Notes: generated by a model from the letters alone, not told the origin. Numbered from the stretch's first letter, positions 18,701 through 29,093 are shown. The stretch is 64,000 bases of DNA from Candidatus Cloacimonadales bacterium (GCA_963674825.1 OY771587.1:2464001-2528000), one strand, 5' to 3'. Numbers and translations are program-made.

Positions 18701-19054
18701 ATGAATATAACCATACTTTTCGGAGCTATGCTGCTGATCATCGGGATCTGGGCGATGCTTACGCACAAGAACCTGATACGCATGATCATCGGATTCTCGC
18801 TGATGGACACCGGCATCCATGTAATCATGGTATCGGTAGGCTACATTGGTGGCAGGACAGCGCCCATTATCGACAAAGCGGTCAGCAAGGCCAATGCGCT
18901 TCACGAGGTGGTCGATCCCATCCCGTCAGCGCTGGTTCTCACCGCGATCGTTATCGGCCTGGCCGTGACGGCGCTAATGCTATCCTACGCCGTTCGCATG
19001 TATCAAAAAGGAAAATCACTCTCCATAGACGATTATCAGGAGACAAGATGGTGA
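18701..19054 (+). CDS. mnhC: Mrp/Mnh subunit C (NuoK-like)
   Basis: DPIPSALVLTAIVIG motif. Confidence 0.88.
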   Translation: MNITILFGAMLLIIGIWAMLTHKNLIRMIIGFSLMDTGIHVIMVSVGYIGGRTAPIIDKAVSKANALHEVVDPIPSALVLTAIVIGLAVTALMLSYAVRMYQKGKSLSIDDYQETRW

Positions 19055-22000
19055 ATCCCATATACATATTCGTAATTGCATTGGGTGGCGCATTCCTGAT
19101 CGGACCGGCTGATCGTCTGGGCAAGCAAGCGTCGGTCTGGCTGACAACCTTGATCCTGGCGCTCATGACCTGGATTGCCGGATCGTGGTTCTTCGCGATT
19201 TCCGGTGGTGCCGAATCCCAGCAAATATTTACCGCCGGGCTACGTCCACCCGTATCTATCAACCTATTTATGGGCTACAAAGAGGCTCTGATTCTGTTTC
19301 TATCCAACGCTGCCGGTCTCCTGGGCGTTTTTGCGCTGCGTAAGCGGTTCAATGAGCTGCCTGCCTACGCGATGATGCTCTATGTGGCGATGCTCGCCGG
19401 TGTGAACGGTATCGTGATGACGCGCGACCTCTTCAACCTGTTCGTGTTCATCGAGATCAACTCGATCGCGACCTATGCTTTGATCGCGCTGGAGCCAAGC
19501 CGCAAAGCGCTCTCTGCCGGATTCAAGTATATGATTGCCGGTGGAATCGCTTCCATCCTCTTCCTGCTTGGTACGGTGTACATCTATCGCTTGAGTGGTA
19601 CGCTGAATATCGACCAGCTCTCCGGGATGAACATCGCGCTTCTTGGAAAGGCTGGTTGGCTGGCGATTTTCATGCTACTGATGTCGATTCTGATCGAACT
19701 GAAGCCTTTCCCCGCTAACGGGTGGGCGCTGGATGTCTATCAGAGCGCGCATGGTGGTGTATTAGCGCTGATCTCGTCCGCAAACGCGGGTGCAATGTTC
19801 TACGCGCTCTACAAGCTTATGCCCGTGATTGGCGATGGCTTTCTGAATCTGATTGCGGTCGTGGGATTGGTGACGTTCTTTTTCTCGAATTTGTTGGGAA
19901 CGCGACAATTCAATTTCAAGCGATTGCTAGGCTATAGCTCCGTGGGGCAGATTGGCCTTATGATGGGCGTTTATGCTCTGATGACCAGACTCGGTTACGA
20001 TGAGGGCTTGATCCTGATCATCACGGGTGCGATCTTCATCAACCACTTCCTGGCAAAGGCCGGACTATTCTGGCTTTCCGAGACAATCGAGGGTGAGAAT
20101 CTCTCCGATTGGAGTGCCATCCGGGAGCGTCCCGAGAAGTTGTTTGGCTTTGGTGCGCTGCTCATCGCGCTGGCCGGTTTTCCGCCGTTCCCCACATTCT
20201 GGGCGAAGTGGAACCTTGTGCTGCGCCTGATGGACAGTGGCTCCTATGTAGCGCTGGTGGCGATTCTGCTCGGGTCGCTGTTCGAGATCTTCATGTTGTT
20301 GCGGTGGTTTGGACTTGCACTCAAGATCGATACTGCAAAACAGGCGGAGGATAACCACGGACTTGAAATCCCTGCCCGGCTCTTCATGCTAGCGCTGGTG
20401 GTTGTGGGACTTCGTGCGAGTTGCTACTTCATCCACGGTAATTTCGTGATCGACACCATCGCGCTTCCGTCTTGCGTGCCAGTGATGGCTCCACTGGTGG
20501 TGGGTGCGTTCCTCTATCTGGTCGATTGGTTGCCAATGAAGATGAAGGCAGGCCTGACGATTGTCCTGACGGGAATATACTTCTATTTTGTGCTCCCCGC
20601 GATCCAGCCGCTTCCGATGCTATTCGCGGCGATCTTCGCGCTGGGTGGCATGCTGATAACCTTTGCGAGTATGAATCGCGAGATCAATTCGCGCGGTTTC
20701 TACCCACTTCTCATCATGATGATCACCTCGCTGATCAACCTCACGATTTCCGAATCCACGTTGGAGTTCTTCACCGCGTGGGAGTTTATGACGCTGAGCT
20801 CGTATCTGCTACTGATTCGCGGCAAGAATGCAGGTGAACACGCGCTTCGCTACGTGATGTTTTCCATGGGAGCCGCGTTCCTCATCATGAGCGGTTTTGC
20901 CGTGATGTACTCGACGACGGGCGTTACCGACTTCTACAGTCTGTTGCTTGGTCGCTATGGTTTCAGTTGGGGCTTTGTCCTGGTTGGACTCGGCATGTTG
21001 ATCAAGATGGGCGGCATAGGATTCCACGTGTGGTTACCGGGTGCTTACGCGGAAGCCGAGGACGATATTTCGACATTCTTTTCCGCGATCCTCAGCAAGG
21101 CCGCGGTTTACGGTCTTATGCTGGTGGCGCTTATCTACACGATCAACTACCACGGTGGATTCGACTTCCGCAATGTTCTGGGATGGCTGGGTGTGCTGAC
21201 GGCTGTTTTCGGCGCGCTGATGGCAGTTTTCCAGGAAGATATCAAGCGACTATTGGCCTACTCGAGCATGAGCCAGTTGGGATACATCGTACTGGCGCTG
21301 GCGATGGCGGATCATCTGGGCTGGGTGACGGCACTTTACATAACCGTATTGCACGTGATGTTCAAAGGGATGCTCTTCCTTGCGGTTGCCGGTATCGTGC
21401 AGGCAACAGGTACGCACCTTATGTACCGCATGGGCGGACTGATCAAGAAAATGCCGCTGAGCTTCATTTCGGTGCTGATCGCGATTATTGCTGTCTCGGG
21501 CGTACCGCCGTTGGCTGGATTCGGGGCCAAGTGGATGCTCTATACGAGTCTGATCCAGAAGGGATGGTATCTGCAAGCGGGTGTTGCGTTCTTCTCGAGC
21601 GCGATCGCGTTCCTGTACCTATTCCGGCTGATCCACAGCATGTTCCTGGGGCAGCTCAAGTATGAGAACCGCGAGGTGAAAGAAGCTTCTCCGTGGTTGA
21701 TCGCACCGCAGTTTGTGCTGCTGATGGCAATCATGGCGGTCTCGACGTTCCCGTCGCTCCTGCTCAAGCCGCTGAGCGCGATGCTTCCTGAGTCGATTCC
21801 GGGAACGATCGTCTGGCAGGGCGGCACGATGCTCTCGAGCCTGGGCTACTGGAATGGAACGCTGGTCATGTGGGTGACGATGGGTGTGTTTGGCCTGGTG
21901 CTGCTGTGGCTGATCCTCTGGCTACGAAATGTGAAGAAAGTCGGACAATTTAACATCGTGTATTCTGCCGAGAAGCCCATGCTTCCCGAGACGACCCACT

Positions 22001-22209
22001 ATGCATATAACTTCTTCCCCTTCTATCAGAAGGCGTTGGGTGGACTGGTCAAGCCGCGTGCGACATCGTTCTGGAATGGTGTGACGGAGTGGACGGCGTC
22101 GACAGCCGGCGTGATTCGTCAGCTTTACACCGGTAACGCACAGACGTACGCGATGCAGATATTCCTCTATATTATCGTACTTTATCTCGTGTTTGGAGTT
22201 GGATTATGA
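19048..22209 (+). CDS. Fused tandem MrpD/NuoL-M-N-type proton-translocating subunit (MbxH-H'-like)
   Basis: Two antiporter repeats (DLFNLFVFIE...KRLLGYSS and FFTAWEFM...HVWLP...KRLLAYSS) in one 1053-aa ORF. Confidence 0.85.
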   Translation: MVNPIYIFVIALGGAFLIGPADRLGKQASVWLTTLILALMTWIAGSWFFAISGGAESQQIFTAGLRPPVSINLFMGYKEALILFLSNAAGLLGVFALRKRFNELPAYAMMLYVAMLAGVNGIVMTRDLFNLFVFIEINSIATYALIALEPSRKALSAGFKYMIAGGIASILFLLGTVYIYRLSGTLNIDQLSGMNIALLGKAGWLAIFMLLMSILIELKPFPANGWALDVYQSAHGGVLALISSANAGAMFYALYKLMPVIGDGFLNLIAVVGLVTFFFSNLLGTRQFNFKRLLGYSSVGQIGLMMGVYALMTRLGYDEGLILIITGAIFINHFLAKAGLFWLSETIEGENLSDWSAIRERPEKLFGFGALLIALAGFPPFPTFWAKWNLVLRLMDSGSYVALVAILLGSLFEIFMLLRWFGLALKIDTAKQAEDNHGLEIPARLFMLALVVVGLRASCYFIHGNFVIDTIALPSCVPVMAPLVVGAFLYLVDWLPMKMKAGLTIVLTGIYFYFVLPAIQPLPMLFAAIFALGGMLITFASMNREINSRGFYPLLIMMITSLINLTISESTLEFFTAWEFMTLSSYLLLIRGKNAGEHALRYVMFSMGAAFLIMSGFAVMYSTTGVTDFYSLLLGRYGFSWGFVLVGLGMLIKMGGIGFHVWLPGAYAEAEDDISTFFSAILSKAAVYGLMLVALIYTINYHGGFDFRNVLGWLGVLTAVFGALMAVFQEDIKRLLAYSSMSQLGYIVLALAMADHLGWVTALYITVLHVMFKGMLFLAVAGIVQATGTHLMYRMGGLIKKMPLSFISVLIAIIAVSGVPPLAGFGAKWMLYTSLIQKGWYLQAGVAFFSSAIAFLYLFRLIHSMFLGQLKYENREVKEASPWLIAPQFVLLMAIMAVSTFPSLLLKPLSAMLPESIPGTIVWQGGTMLSSLGYWNGTLVMWVTMGVFGLVLLWLILWLRNVKKVGQFNIVYSAEKPMLPETTHYAYNFFPFYQKALGGLVKPRATSFWNGVTEWTASTAGVIRQLYTGNAQTYAMQIFLYIIVLYLVFGVGL

Positions 22210-23153
22210 GTCATGTTCTGATCCTTATTGGCAATGCCCTTCTAACCCTGTTTGTCGTGATGAACTGGGGCCTGATCATGGGCGGTATGGTGCGCAAGAT
22301 CGTCGGTCGAGTGCACGGTAGATACGGCCCACCCATCTGGCAGCCGTACATCGATATTATCAAGACGCTCGGAAAACGTACCAGCGTGATCCACGGCGTG
22401 ATGTTTTTCCTTGGACCGGTCTTCCGTCTGGCCGGCGGTATCGGAACGCTGATGTTTATTCCGGTACTGTTCCATTCATCGGTATTTGCGAACTTTAGCT
22501 TTTCTGGCGACCTTCTACTGGTGATGTATTTCATTTTCTTCGGTCAGCTCGGAATGGCGCTGGGAGCTGGCGAAAGTGGGCACCCATACAGCGCGATGGC
22601 CGTGGGAAGAGGTCTGGCGCAGATGACCGCATTCGAAGTGCCATTTGCACTTTCAGTGATCTCGCTGGCCATCCAGTACAAGACGCTTTCCGTGACCGGT
22701 ATCGTGGCAGCGCAGCAGGGTGGATTGCTCCACTGGACGCTGTTTACCAACCCGGTTGCGACCATCACCGCGATCATTGCCATGCTGGGGATGAATATGC
22801 ATTCCCCGTTCGATATCGTGCTTGCACCGCAAGAGATTCCCATCGGGCCGCCGACGGAGTTCCAGAGCAGTTTCCTGGGCCTTTTGCAGACCAACCGTGC
22901 TATTTTCACAGGCGCGAAACTGGTGCTGTTCATGAACCTCTATCTGGGTGGTTCGTCGATCGGAAACGGTGGCTTCGCAGGCTATGCGATGGCGATTATC
23001 ACCATGATGGCGAAGACGTTCGGGCTGTATATGATCTCGGTGTTTGTCGGCGTGGCATACCCGAGGTTCCGCACCGAGCAATCGATCCGGTTCTTCCTCG
23101 GCGTGCCGACCGTATTGGGCATTCTCGCCATACTGATTTTCTGGATCTGGTAG
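22206..23153 (+). CDS. NuoH/MbxM-like membrane subunit
   Basis: RYGPPIWQPYIDIIK, PFDI...EI..GP.TE and YPRFR motifs. Confidence 0.88.
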   Translation: MSHVLILIGNALLTLFVVMNWGLIMGGMVRKIVGRVHGRYGPPIWQPYIDIIKTLGKRTSVIHGVMFFLGPVFRLAGGIGTLMFIPVLFHSSVFANFSFSGDLLLVMYFIFFGQLGMALGAGESGHPYSAMAVGRGLAQMTAFEVPFALSVISLAIQYKTLSVTGIVAAQQGGLLHWTLFTNPVATITAIIAMLGMNMHSPFDIVLAPQEIPIGPPTEFQSSFLGLLQTNRAIFTGAKLVLFMNLYLGGSSIGNGGFAGYAMAIITMMAKTFGLYMISVFVGVAYPRFRTEQSIRFFLGVPTVLGILAILIFWIW

Positions 23154-23162
23154 GAGTATAAC

Positions 23163-23804
23163 ATGGACGAAGAAATCAAGAAACCTTACGAAGAAATGGA
23201 CATAGACGAGCTGATCAAATCACAGCCGACAGATCCGGTGCTGTACTGTCAGGATTTACCCAAACCGAGTAAACCGCTGGGCATATATATGGAGAAGTTT
23301 CTCAACTGGGCGCGCGCGAATTCGCTGTGGTTCCTGGGATTTGGAACCGGTTGCGGCGCGGTGGAGCTGCGTCCGCTGATGACAGCACGTTTCGATGTGT
23401 ATCGCTACGGAATCGCCGGAAGACCTACGCCAAGGCAGTCGTCGGTATTCGTCATCGGCGGGTACGCTTCGGTGAAGACGATCAAGCGCATTGTGCGTAG
23501 CTACGAGCAGATGCAGGGGCCCAAGTTCGTGATCGGACTAGGAAGCTGCACGATTAACGGCGGTATGTATTGGGACAGCTACAACACCATCAACCGCCTG
23601 GATCACTATATCCCGGTGGATGTATATATCGCGGGATGTATGCCACGTCCTGAAGCGCTTATCGCGGGATTCGAGAAGCTCAAGCAACTGATAAAAGAAG
23701 GGAAGGCTGAAGGCGCGAACCATTACGCCGAGAACTTCGAGTGGTACAAAGCGAATCAGAAGAAAATCATAAAAGACTGGAATATGCCAGACTACAATTG
23801 GTAA
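23163..23804 (+). CDS. NuoB/MbxJ-like Fe-S subunit
   Basis: GTGCGAVE, GSCTINGG and DVYIAGCMPRPE motifs. Confidence 0.9.
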   Translation: MDEEIKKPYEEMDIDELIKSQPTDPVLYCQDLPKPSKPLGIYMEKFLNWARANSLWFLGFGTGCGAVELRPLMTARFDVYRYGIAGRPTPRQSSVFVIGGYASVKTIKRIVRSYEQMQGPKFVIGLGSCTINGGMYWDSYNTINRLDHYIPVDVYIAGCMPRPEALIAGFEKLKQLIKEGKAEGANHYAENFEWYKANQKKIIKDWNMPDYNW

Positions 23805-23809
23805 AGACT

Positions 23810-24340
23810 ATGCAAAGATTGATTGAAGAGATTTCTCAGCGCTATCCGGTAACCGATTCGAAGGTATCGCGTCCGGATCAGTCGTGGATCACCGTTCCGA
23901 AGGAGAAGCTGGTGGATATCCTGACGTGGCTCAAGAGCCAGAAGGAATTTACGCACCTTGCATTTTTCACCGTGGTGGACTACCTCGAGCAGGGCAAATT
24001 CCAGCTAACCTACATGCTTCACAACTACAAGACCCACAAAGACCTGGGTGTGCGGGTGCTAATCGACCGCGAGAACGCGACGATGGAATCGATCCATCAC
24101 CTATGGGAGCACGCCCATACGTTCCAGCGCGAATGGCGGGAGATGTTCGGGATCGATTTCCCGGGCAGTCCGCGTGTGCATGAACCGATGATTTTGGAAG
24201 GATGGGACGGACCACCGCCTTATCGCAGAGACTTCGACACGAAGAAGTACTCGGAAGAGACCTACTTTCCGCGTCCTGGCCGGGAAACGCACGATCCGCG
24301 CGAGCACATGAAAAAGAAGCTTTATCCGGAGGAATCATGA
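23810..24340 (+). CDS. NuoC/MbxK-like subunit
   Basis: REWREMFGIDFPG and PPYRRDF motifs; start moved to ATG 23810, just after the NuoB-like stop. Confidence 0.88.
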   Translation: MQRLIEEISQRYPVTDSKVSRPDQSWITVPKEKLVDILTWLKSQKEFTHLAFFTVVDYLEQGKFQLTYMLHNYKTHKDLGVRVLIDRENATMESIHHLWEHAHTFQREWREMFGIDFPGSPRVHEPMILEGWDGPPPYRRDFDTKKYSEETYFPRPGRETHDPREHMKKKLYPEES

Positions 24341-25473
24341 TCAGGCCGAAACAGGATATCGATCTCAGGTCTGGAAAATACCTGAAGATCTGGCAAGGAC
24401 CGAATCATCCGGGTATCACCGGTAACATGTCGCTTGAACTGACGGTTTGCGGTGACGAGATTGTGGAAGCGACCACGCATGTGGGCTATCTGCATCGCGG
24501 ATTCGAAAAGCTCATGGAACGCAGAACGTACATCCAGTGCTTTCCGATCGTGTGTCGTATCGCGGTTCCGGAGCCCGATTACAACGAGTATTGCTTCACC
24601 GCCGCAACGGAAGAATTGGGCGGTATCGAAATCCCCGAGAGGGCTGTCTGGCTTCGTATGCTGATTCTGGAGATGTCGCGTCTGGCGAGTTTCCTGATGT
24701 GGATCGGCGGTCAGGCAGGAGCTTTCGGAATGGGAACGATCGGGCAGTGGGCGGTTGCACATCGCGACTTCATGCTGGATCTCTTCGAAGAGCTGACAGG
24801 TGGCCGCGTGTACCATATGTACATTATTCCCGGTGGCGTTCGCGGACCGCTTCCCGAAGGGTTCGAAGGGCGCGCTCGCAAGGTGCTGGACAAGGTGGAA
24901 AAGCTTCTCGCCGAGATCGAGATCGTAATGTTCCACAGCGTTGTTTTCAAGATGCGCGCGAAGGATTTAGGCATCATTACGCAGGACATGGTCGATCAAT
25001 ATGGGCTTGTCGGCCCTAACGCCCGTGCTACGGGCCTGGCGCGTGATATTCGCAAGGATCAACCGTACCTGTACTACGACCAGCTTGATTTCGAGGTGGT
25101 GACCGATACCAAGTCGGATGCCTACAACCGTGCGTATCTGCGTTGGCGCGAGATGCATCAGGCAGTCGGATTGATTCGCCAGATTCTGGATCGGATACCT
25201 GATAAGGGTGACTTCCACGTGAAGGTTCCGAACGTGCTGCACTGGAAGATTCCGGCAGGTGAGGCATACGTCAAGGCTGAGAGCACGCGCGGCGAATATG
25301 GATTCTACATTGCCGCCGACGGAACGGAGTACCCCAGACGCGTCTATGTGCGCGGACCAAGCTATTCAACGGCGATACCCTTCATGGAAGACCTTCTGCG
25401 GGGTGTCAACATTGCGGATGTGGCGGGACTGAACGTATCGCTGCACACCTATCCGCCCGAAATAGAACGATAA
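24337..25473 (+). CDS. NuoD/MbxL-like large subunit without NiFe-binding motifs
   Basis: GPNHP, GYLHRGFEK, ESTRGE and RGPS motifs; no RxCGxC or DPCxxC. Start ATG 24337 overlaps the upstream stop (ATGA). Confidence 0.9.
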   Translation: MIRPKQDIDLRSGKYLKIWQGPNHPGITGNMSLELTVCGDEIVEATTHVGYLHRGFEKLMERRTYIQCFPIVCRIAVPEPDYNEYCFTAATEELGGIEIPERAVWLRMLILEMSRLASFLMWIGGQAGAFGMGTIGQWAVAHRDFMLDLFEELTGGRVYHMYIIPGGVRGPLPEGFEGRARKVLDKVEKLLAEIEIVMFHSVVFKMRAKDLGIITQDMVDQYGLVGPNARATGLARDIRKDQPYLYYDQLDFEVVTDTKSDAYNRAYLRWREMHQAVGLIRQILDRIPDKGDFHVKVPNVLHWKIPAGEAYVKAESTRGEYGFYIAADGTEYPRRVYVRGPSYSTAIPFMEDLLRGVNIADVAGLNVSLHTYPPEIER

Positions 25474-25484
25474 CGGGAGTCGAA

Positions 25485-27257
25485 ATGAGTTTACGAGATA
25501 TACTGTCACCGTTTTACGTCTGGAAACGCGCGTTTTCCAAGCCGTTTGTCGTAGATAAACCGCTGGATGAACGTCCCGGCGCACCGCGCTACCGTGGATT
25601 TCACAAGAACGACATGGAGAAGTGCATTGGCTGCGGAACCTGCTCGGATATCTGCCAGAATGCGGCGATCGATATGGTGCCCGTGGAAGGACAGGAAACC
25701 ACCAAAGGCGACAGCGGACTGCGTCCGATGATCGATTACGGTCGTTGCTGCTGGTGCGCGCTGTGTGTTGATGTCTGCACGACCGGTTCGCTGACGATGT
25801 CCAACGAATATACCTGGGTGGATACGGACGCGGACGTTTTCCGGTTTGTCCCTGGTGCTGAAGAAAAGCCGTGGGATAGCGCGGAGCTTGGTTACCAACG
25901 GGCTGATAATTATTCATTATTGCATCATGACCGCATTTCGATGCCAATGGAAGATTTCGATGAGGGGATTCATTCATTCGTGGAGATGGTCAAGGGCTAT
26001 TCCAGAGAACAGGCGCAGAAAGAAGCAGATCGGTGCGTGCAGTGCGGAATTTGCGTAGCTGCCTGCCCTGCCCATATGGATATCCCGGACTATATCAAGG
26101 CAGTGCGGGAGGGTGATCTGGAGGAGGGGCTCCGGTTACTCTACCGCACCAATCCGATGAGTGCAACCTGTGGTCGTATATGTACGCATAAGTGCGAAGA
26201 AAGCTGCGCGATGGGGCATCTGGGCGATCCGATCTCCATTCGCTGGCTCAAACGCTACATCATCGACCAGATTCCCGATAACGAGTTCGGCAGGATTTTG
26301 AACGAGGAATTTGCGCCCAACGGCAAGAAAGTCTCCATTATCGGTGGCGGTCCCGGCGGTTTAGCGGCCGCGTACTACCTCATCCTGATGGGATACGAAG
26401 TCACGATCTACGAGTCACGTTCGAAGGCCGGCGGTATGCTGCGTTACGGCGTTCCGGAGTACCGGCTTCCCGAGCTTCAGCTCGACAGAGACATCGACCA
26501 TGTCGTGAAGCTGGGCGTGAAGATGATGTACAATACACGCGTCGGCAAGGATATTGACTTCAAGAAACTGCATGAGGAATCAGACGCGATTTTCATCGCG
26601 ATCGGATTGGATCAGCCTTATTACATGGGCATCGAAGGCGAGGACCTGCCGGGTGTGATTCCCGGACTGAAGCTTCTGGACGACGTAACCGAAGGACGTG
26701 ACCCGGATATCGGAAAACGAGTGGCTGTCATCGGTGGCGGTAATGTGGCGATGGATGCCTGTCGGGTGTCACGGCGTCTGGGCTGCGATGTGACGCTGCT
26801 CTACCGCAGACGTGAGGAAGATATGCCGGCGGACGAAGAGGAAATCCACGATTCGAAGATGGAAGGCGTGAACATCGTCACGCAGGCTATCCCCATCAAA
26901 ATCGAGAAGGGCGACCCGCTGACGTTCGTATGGGGCGAGGCAAAGATGGTCGATCAGGGTCCCGGTAAACGGCCGAATCCCGAGCTGATGGAAGACCGAA
27001 TCCACAACGATCCGTTCGATACGATTATCAGTGCGATTGGTCAAGGTGGCGATTTCCGATTTATACCCGAGAATCTCGCAGAATCCGTGAAGGTCAAGCG
27101 CGGTAAGATATTCACTTATGAATGGAACCAGACCGGCGATGCAAAAGTCTTCGCTGGTGGGGATATCGCCAACAGTACCGCCGACGCGATCAGCGCGATC
27201 GCGGATGGTCATCGTGCTGCCAAGGGCATTGACATGCTACTGAAAGGCAAATTATAG
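25485..27257 (+). CDS. NuoI/MbxN 2x[4Fe-4S] domain fused to a GltD/NfnB-like FAD/NAD(P)H oxidoreductase
   Basis: YRGFH..CIGCGTC..C and CCWCALC..C, then RCVQCGICVAACP, CGRICTHKCE, GGGPGG, GGGNVAMD..R and YRR. Confidence 0.88.
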   Translation: MSLRDILSPFYVWKRAFSKPFVVDKPLDERPGAPRYRGFHKNDMEKCIGCGTCSDICQNAAIDMVPVEGQETTKGDSGLRPMIDYGRCCWCALCVDVCTTGSLTMSNEYTWVDTDADVFRFVPGAEEKPWDSAELGYQRADNYSLLHHDRISMPMEDFDEGIHSFVEMVKGYSREQAQKEADRCVQCGICVAACPAHMDIPDYIKAVREGDLEEGLRLLYRTNPMSATCGRICTHKCEESCAMGHLGDPISIRWLKRYIIDQIPDNEFGRILNEEFAPNGKKVSIIGGGPGGLAAAYYLILMGYEVTIYESRSKAGGMLRYGVPEYRLPELQLDRDIDHVVKLGVKMMYNTRVGKDIDFKKLHEESDAIFIAIGLDQPYYMGIEGEDLPGVIPGLKLLDDVTEGRDPDIGKRVAVIGGGNVAMDACRVSRRLGCDVTLLYRRREEDMPADEEEIHDSKMEGVNIVTQAIPIKIEKGDPLTFVWGEAKMVDQGPGKRPNPELMEDRIHNDPFDTIISAIGQGGDFRFIPENLAESVKVKRGKIFTYEWNQTGDAKVFAGGDIANSTADAISAIADGHRAAKGIDMLLKGKL

Positions 27258-27282
27258 ATTCGTACAAATCCACTCAAAAAGA

Positions 27283-27312
27283 AAAACGGCTCCTAGCACT
27301 GGGAGCCGTTTT
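27283..27312. terminator. Bidirectional intrinsic terminator
   Basis: AAAACGGCTCCTAG-CAC-TGGGAGCCGTTTT hairpin between convergent genes. Confidence 0.8.
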
Positions 27313-27329
27313 CTATGAAGGTTGAATAA

Positions 27330-27950
27330 TTATGATTGGATGCGGGTTCCGTAGCGAATAATGTCGATCGCCTGCTTTTTCAGATCTTCAAGCGAGACAG
27401 TATCGCGGTGGATGGACCACAGAGTCAGGAAAAAATCGACAGTACCGAAGATGATGTAAGTTAACGCCTGAGTCTTCATTGGGCGAATTACTCCGGCTTC
27501 AACGGCATCATCGCAGAGCTTTTGCAGGAAATTCAGATAGCCCTGTAACGGCCAGTAGTCGGGATAGCGTTCGTAGAACTCTGGACTTTGCCGGAGTTCG
27601 ACCGCCATGAACTTGGCGATGTGCGGGTTTTCTGTGAACAGCTCGATATGGAGATCAAAGAACTTATCGAGCCTTGCAGCCGGGCTGTCTTCCTGGTTCA
27701 CGCGGGTAGTGATACTTTTAAGCTTGTCTTCGAATAGGTGCTCAAACGCCTTCATGAGCAGTTCGTCTTTGTTTTTAAAATACAGATAAACTGTTCCATC
27801 TGCGACCCGCGCCTGTTTGGCTATTTCAGAAATTTTCGCGCGGTGGAATCCTTTCTTCGCAAATGTCTCAATCGCCGCTTCAATAATTGCTTTCCGTTTC
27901 TTCTCTTGTTTCTTCGTCATTCGTTCCGAATGTTTGGTGATTTTACGCAC
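27330..27950 (-). CDS. TetR/AcrR-family regulator
   Basis: AAIETFAKKGFH..ISEIA...VADGTVYLYFKNKDEL helix-turn-helix. Confidence 0.92.
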   Translation of the reverse strand: MRKITKHSERMTKKQEKKRKAIIEAAIETFAKKGFHRAKISEIAKQARVADGTVYLYFKNKDELLMKAFEHLFEDKLKSITTRVNQEDSPAARLDKFFDLHIELFTENPHIAKFMAVELRQSPEFYERYPDYWPLQGYLNFLQKLCDDAVEAGVIRPMKTQALTYIIFGTVDFFLTLWSIHRDTVSLEDLKKQAIDIIRYGTRIQS

Positions 27951-28136
27951 GACTTACCTCCTCAACCTTACCGGTACAACACTTGAGATAACTATTAATC
28001 AGTCAATGCATTTGTTTCCGGTTAAGGAAATATTAACATTTTATTGTCTGCCACTTTCGTGGCCTTGCTTTCCGTAACAGAGTCTCCATACTAAATATAT
28101 AGCTGAATTACAATTCAGTCAATCTCAAATCCTATA

Positions 28137-29045
28137 TTATTCTGTGATAATATCGCTGCTTTCCCGTAGCTTCTCTTTATTAATATCTTCCCTAAGTTTG
28201 CCATTATGGATAATACTGGTTATTTCCGCACCAATGAAAATTATCTGGATCGTATAGTAGAGCCAAAATAACATCAGGAGGATAGAACCTGCTGTTCCGT
28301 AAAGAGATCCGATCATGCTCCTGGACAGGTAAAAGCCGATGAGATGCTGGCCGATAAGGAAAAGGATTGTTGTTGTGATCGCCCCTGGAATAACCTCGCG
28401 CCATCGTGTGCTGGAGGAGGGAAGATAGTGGAATATCACAACGAATAGCAGGGTAATGATCAGGAATCCACCGGCAACGTTCAGCGTTTCAAGCATACCG
28501 GGGAAGCCCGGCAGAAGCCTGTCGAGATAATGAACGATGGTCGTGATGAACGTGCTTACAAAGATTACCAGAACTACCAGAAAGCCGATGCCGACAACGA
28601 TGAGAATCGAATAGAAACGTTCGATGAGCCCGTGCATGATGGGATTGCGTGATTTGGCTGGAACCTCGAGGATTGTGTTCATGGCGTCACGGAGTTGGAA
28701 AAAGACCCGTGATGCACCGAATAGCAAGATAATGAACCCGAAGAAAGCCGCCAGGAGATTTGGGAAACTGGCTGTCTGCTTGCTCAGGAAGTATTTGATA
28801 ACTTCTTCCGATTGCGGTCCGAGTGTGCCTCTGATTCTCTCGAGTAGTGCGATACGTGCAGATTCCTCGCCGTAGAAAAATCCGGCGATTGAAATGGCGA
28901 TAAGCGCGAGCGGAGCCAGGGAGAACAGGGTGTAAAACGAGACTGCCGCTGCAATGGCGGAGTTCTTGTGTTTGGCCCAGTTATCCAGGATTCGGTTGAG
29001 CATATGCCACGTGTTATTCAGTTTATGCTTTAGATTCAGTCTCAT
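28137..29045 (-). CDS. YihY/BrkB-family inner-membrane protein
   Basis: AAAVSFYTLFSLAP, YGTAGS..L.L.W.YY...I..GAE motifs. Confidence 0.88.
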   Translation of the reverse strand: MRLNLKHKLNNTWHMLNRILDNWAKHKNSAIAAAVSFYTLFSLAPLALIAISIAGFFYGEESARIALLERIRGTLGPQSEEVIKYFLSKQTASFPNLLAAFFGFIILLFGASRVFFQLRDAMNTILEVPAKSRNPIMHGLIERFYSILIVVGIGFLVVLVIFVSTFITTIVHYLDRLLPGFPGMLETLNVAGGFLIITLLFVVIFHYLPSSSTRWREVIPGAITTTILFLIGQHLIGFYLSRSMIGSLYGTAGSILLMLFWLYYTIQIIFIGAEITSIIHNGKLREDINKEKLRESSDIITE

Positions 29046-29093
29046 ACTAAAATCGTGGTATTGGACTGAAACTCGTCAAGGAAAACGATATAG

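Noticed and set aside
23163..25473. Group 4 [NiFe]-hydrogenase
   Set aside because: The large subunit lacks both CxxC nickel-binding motifs, and no maturation genes are nearby.
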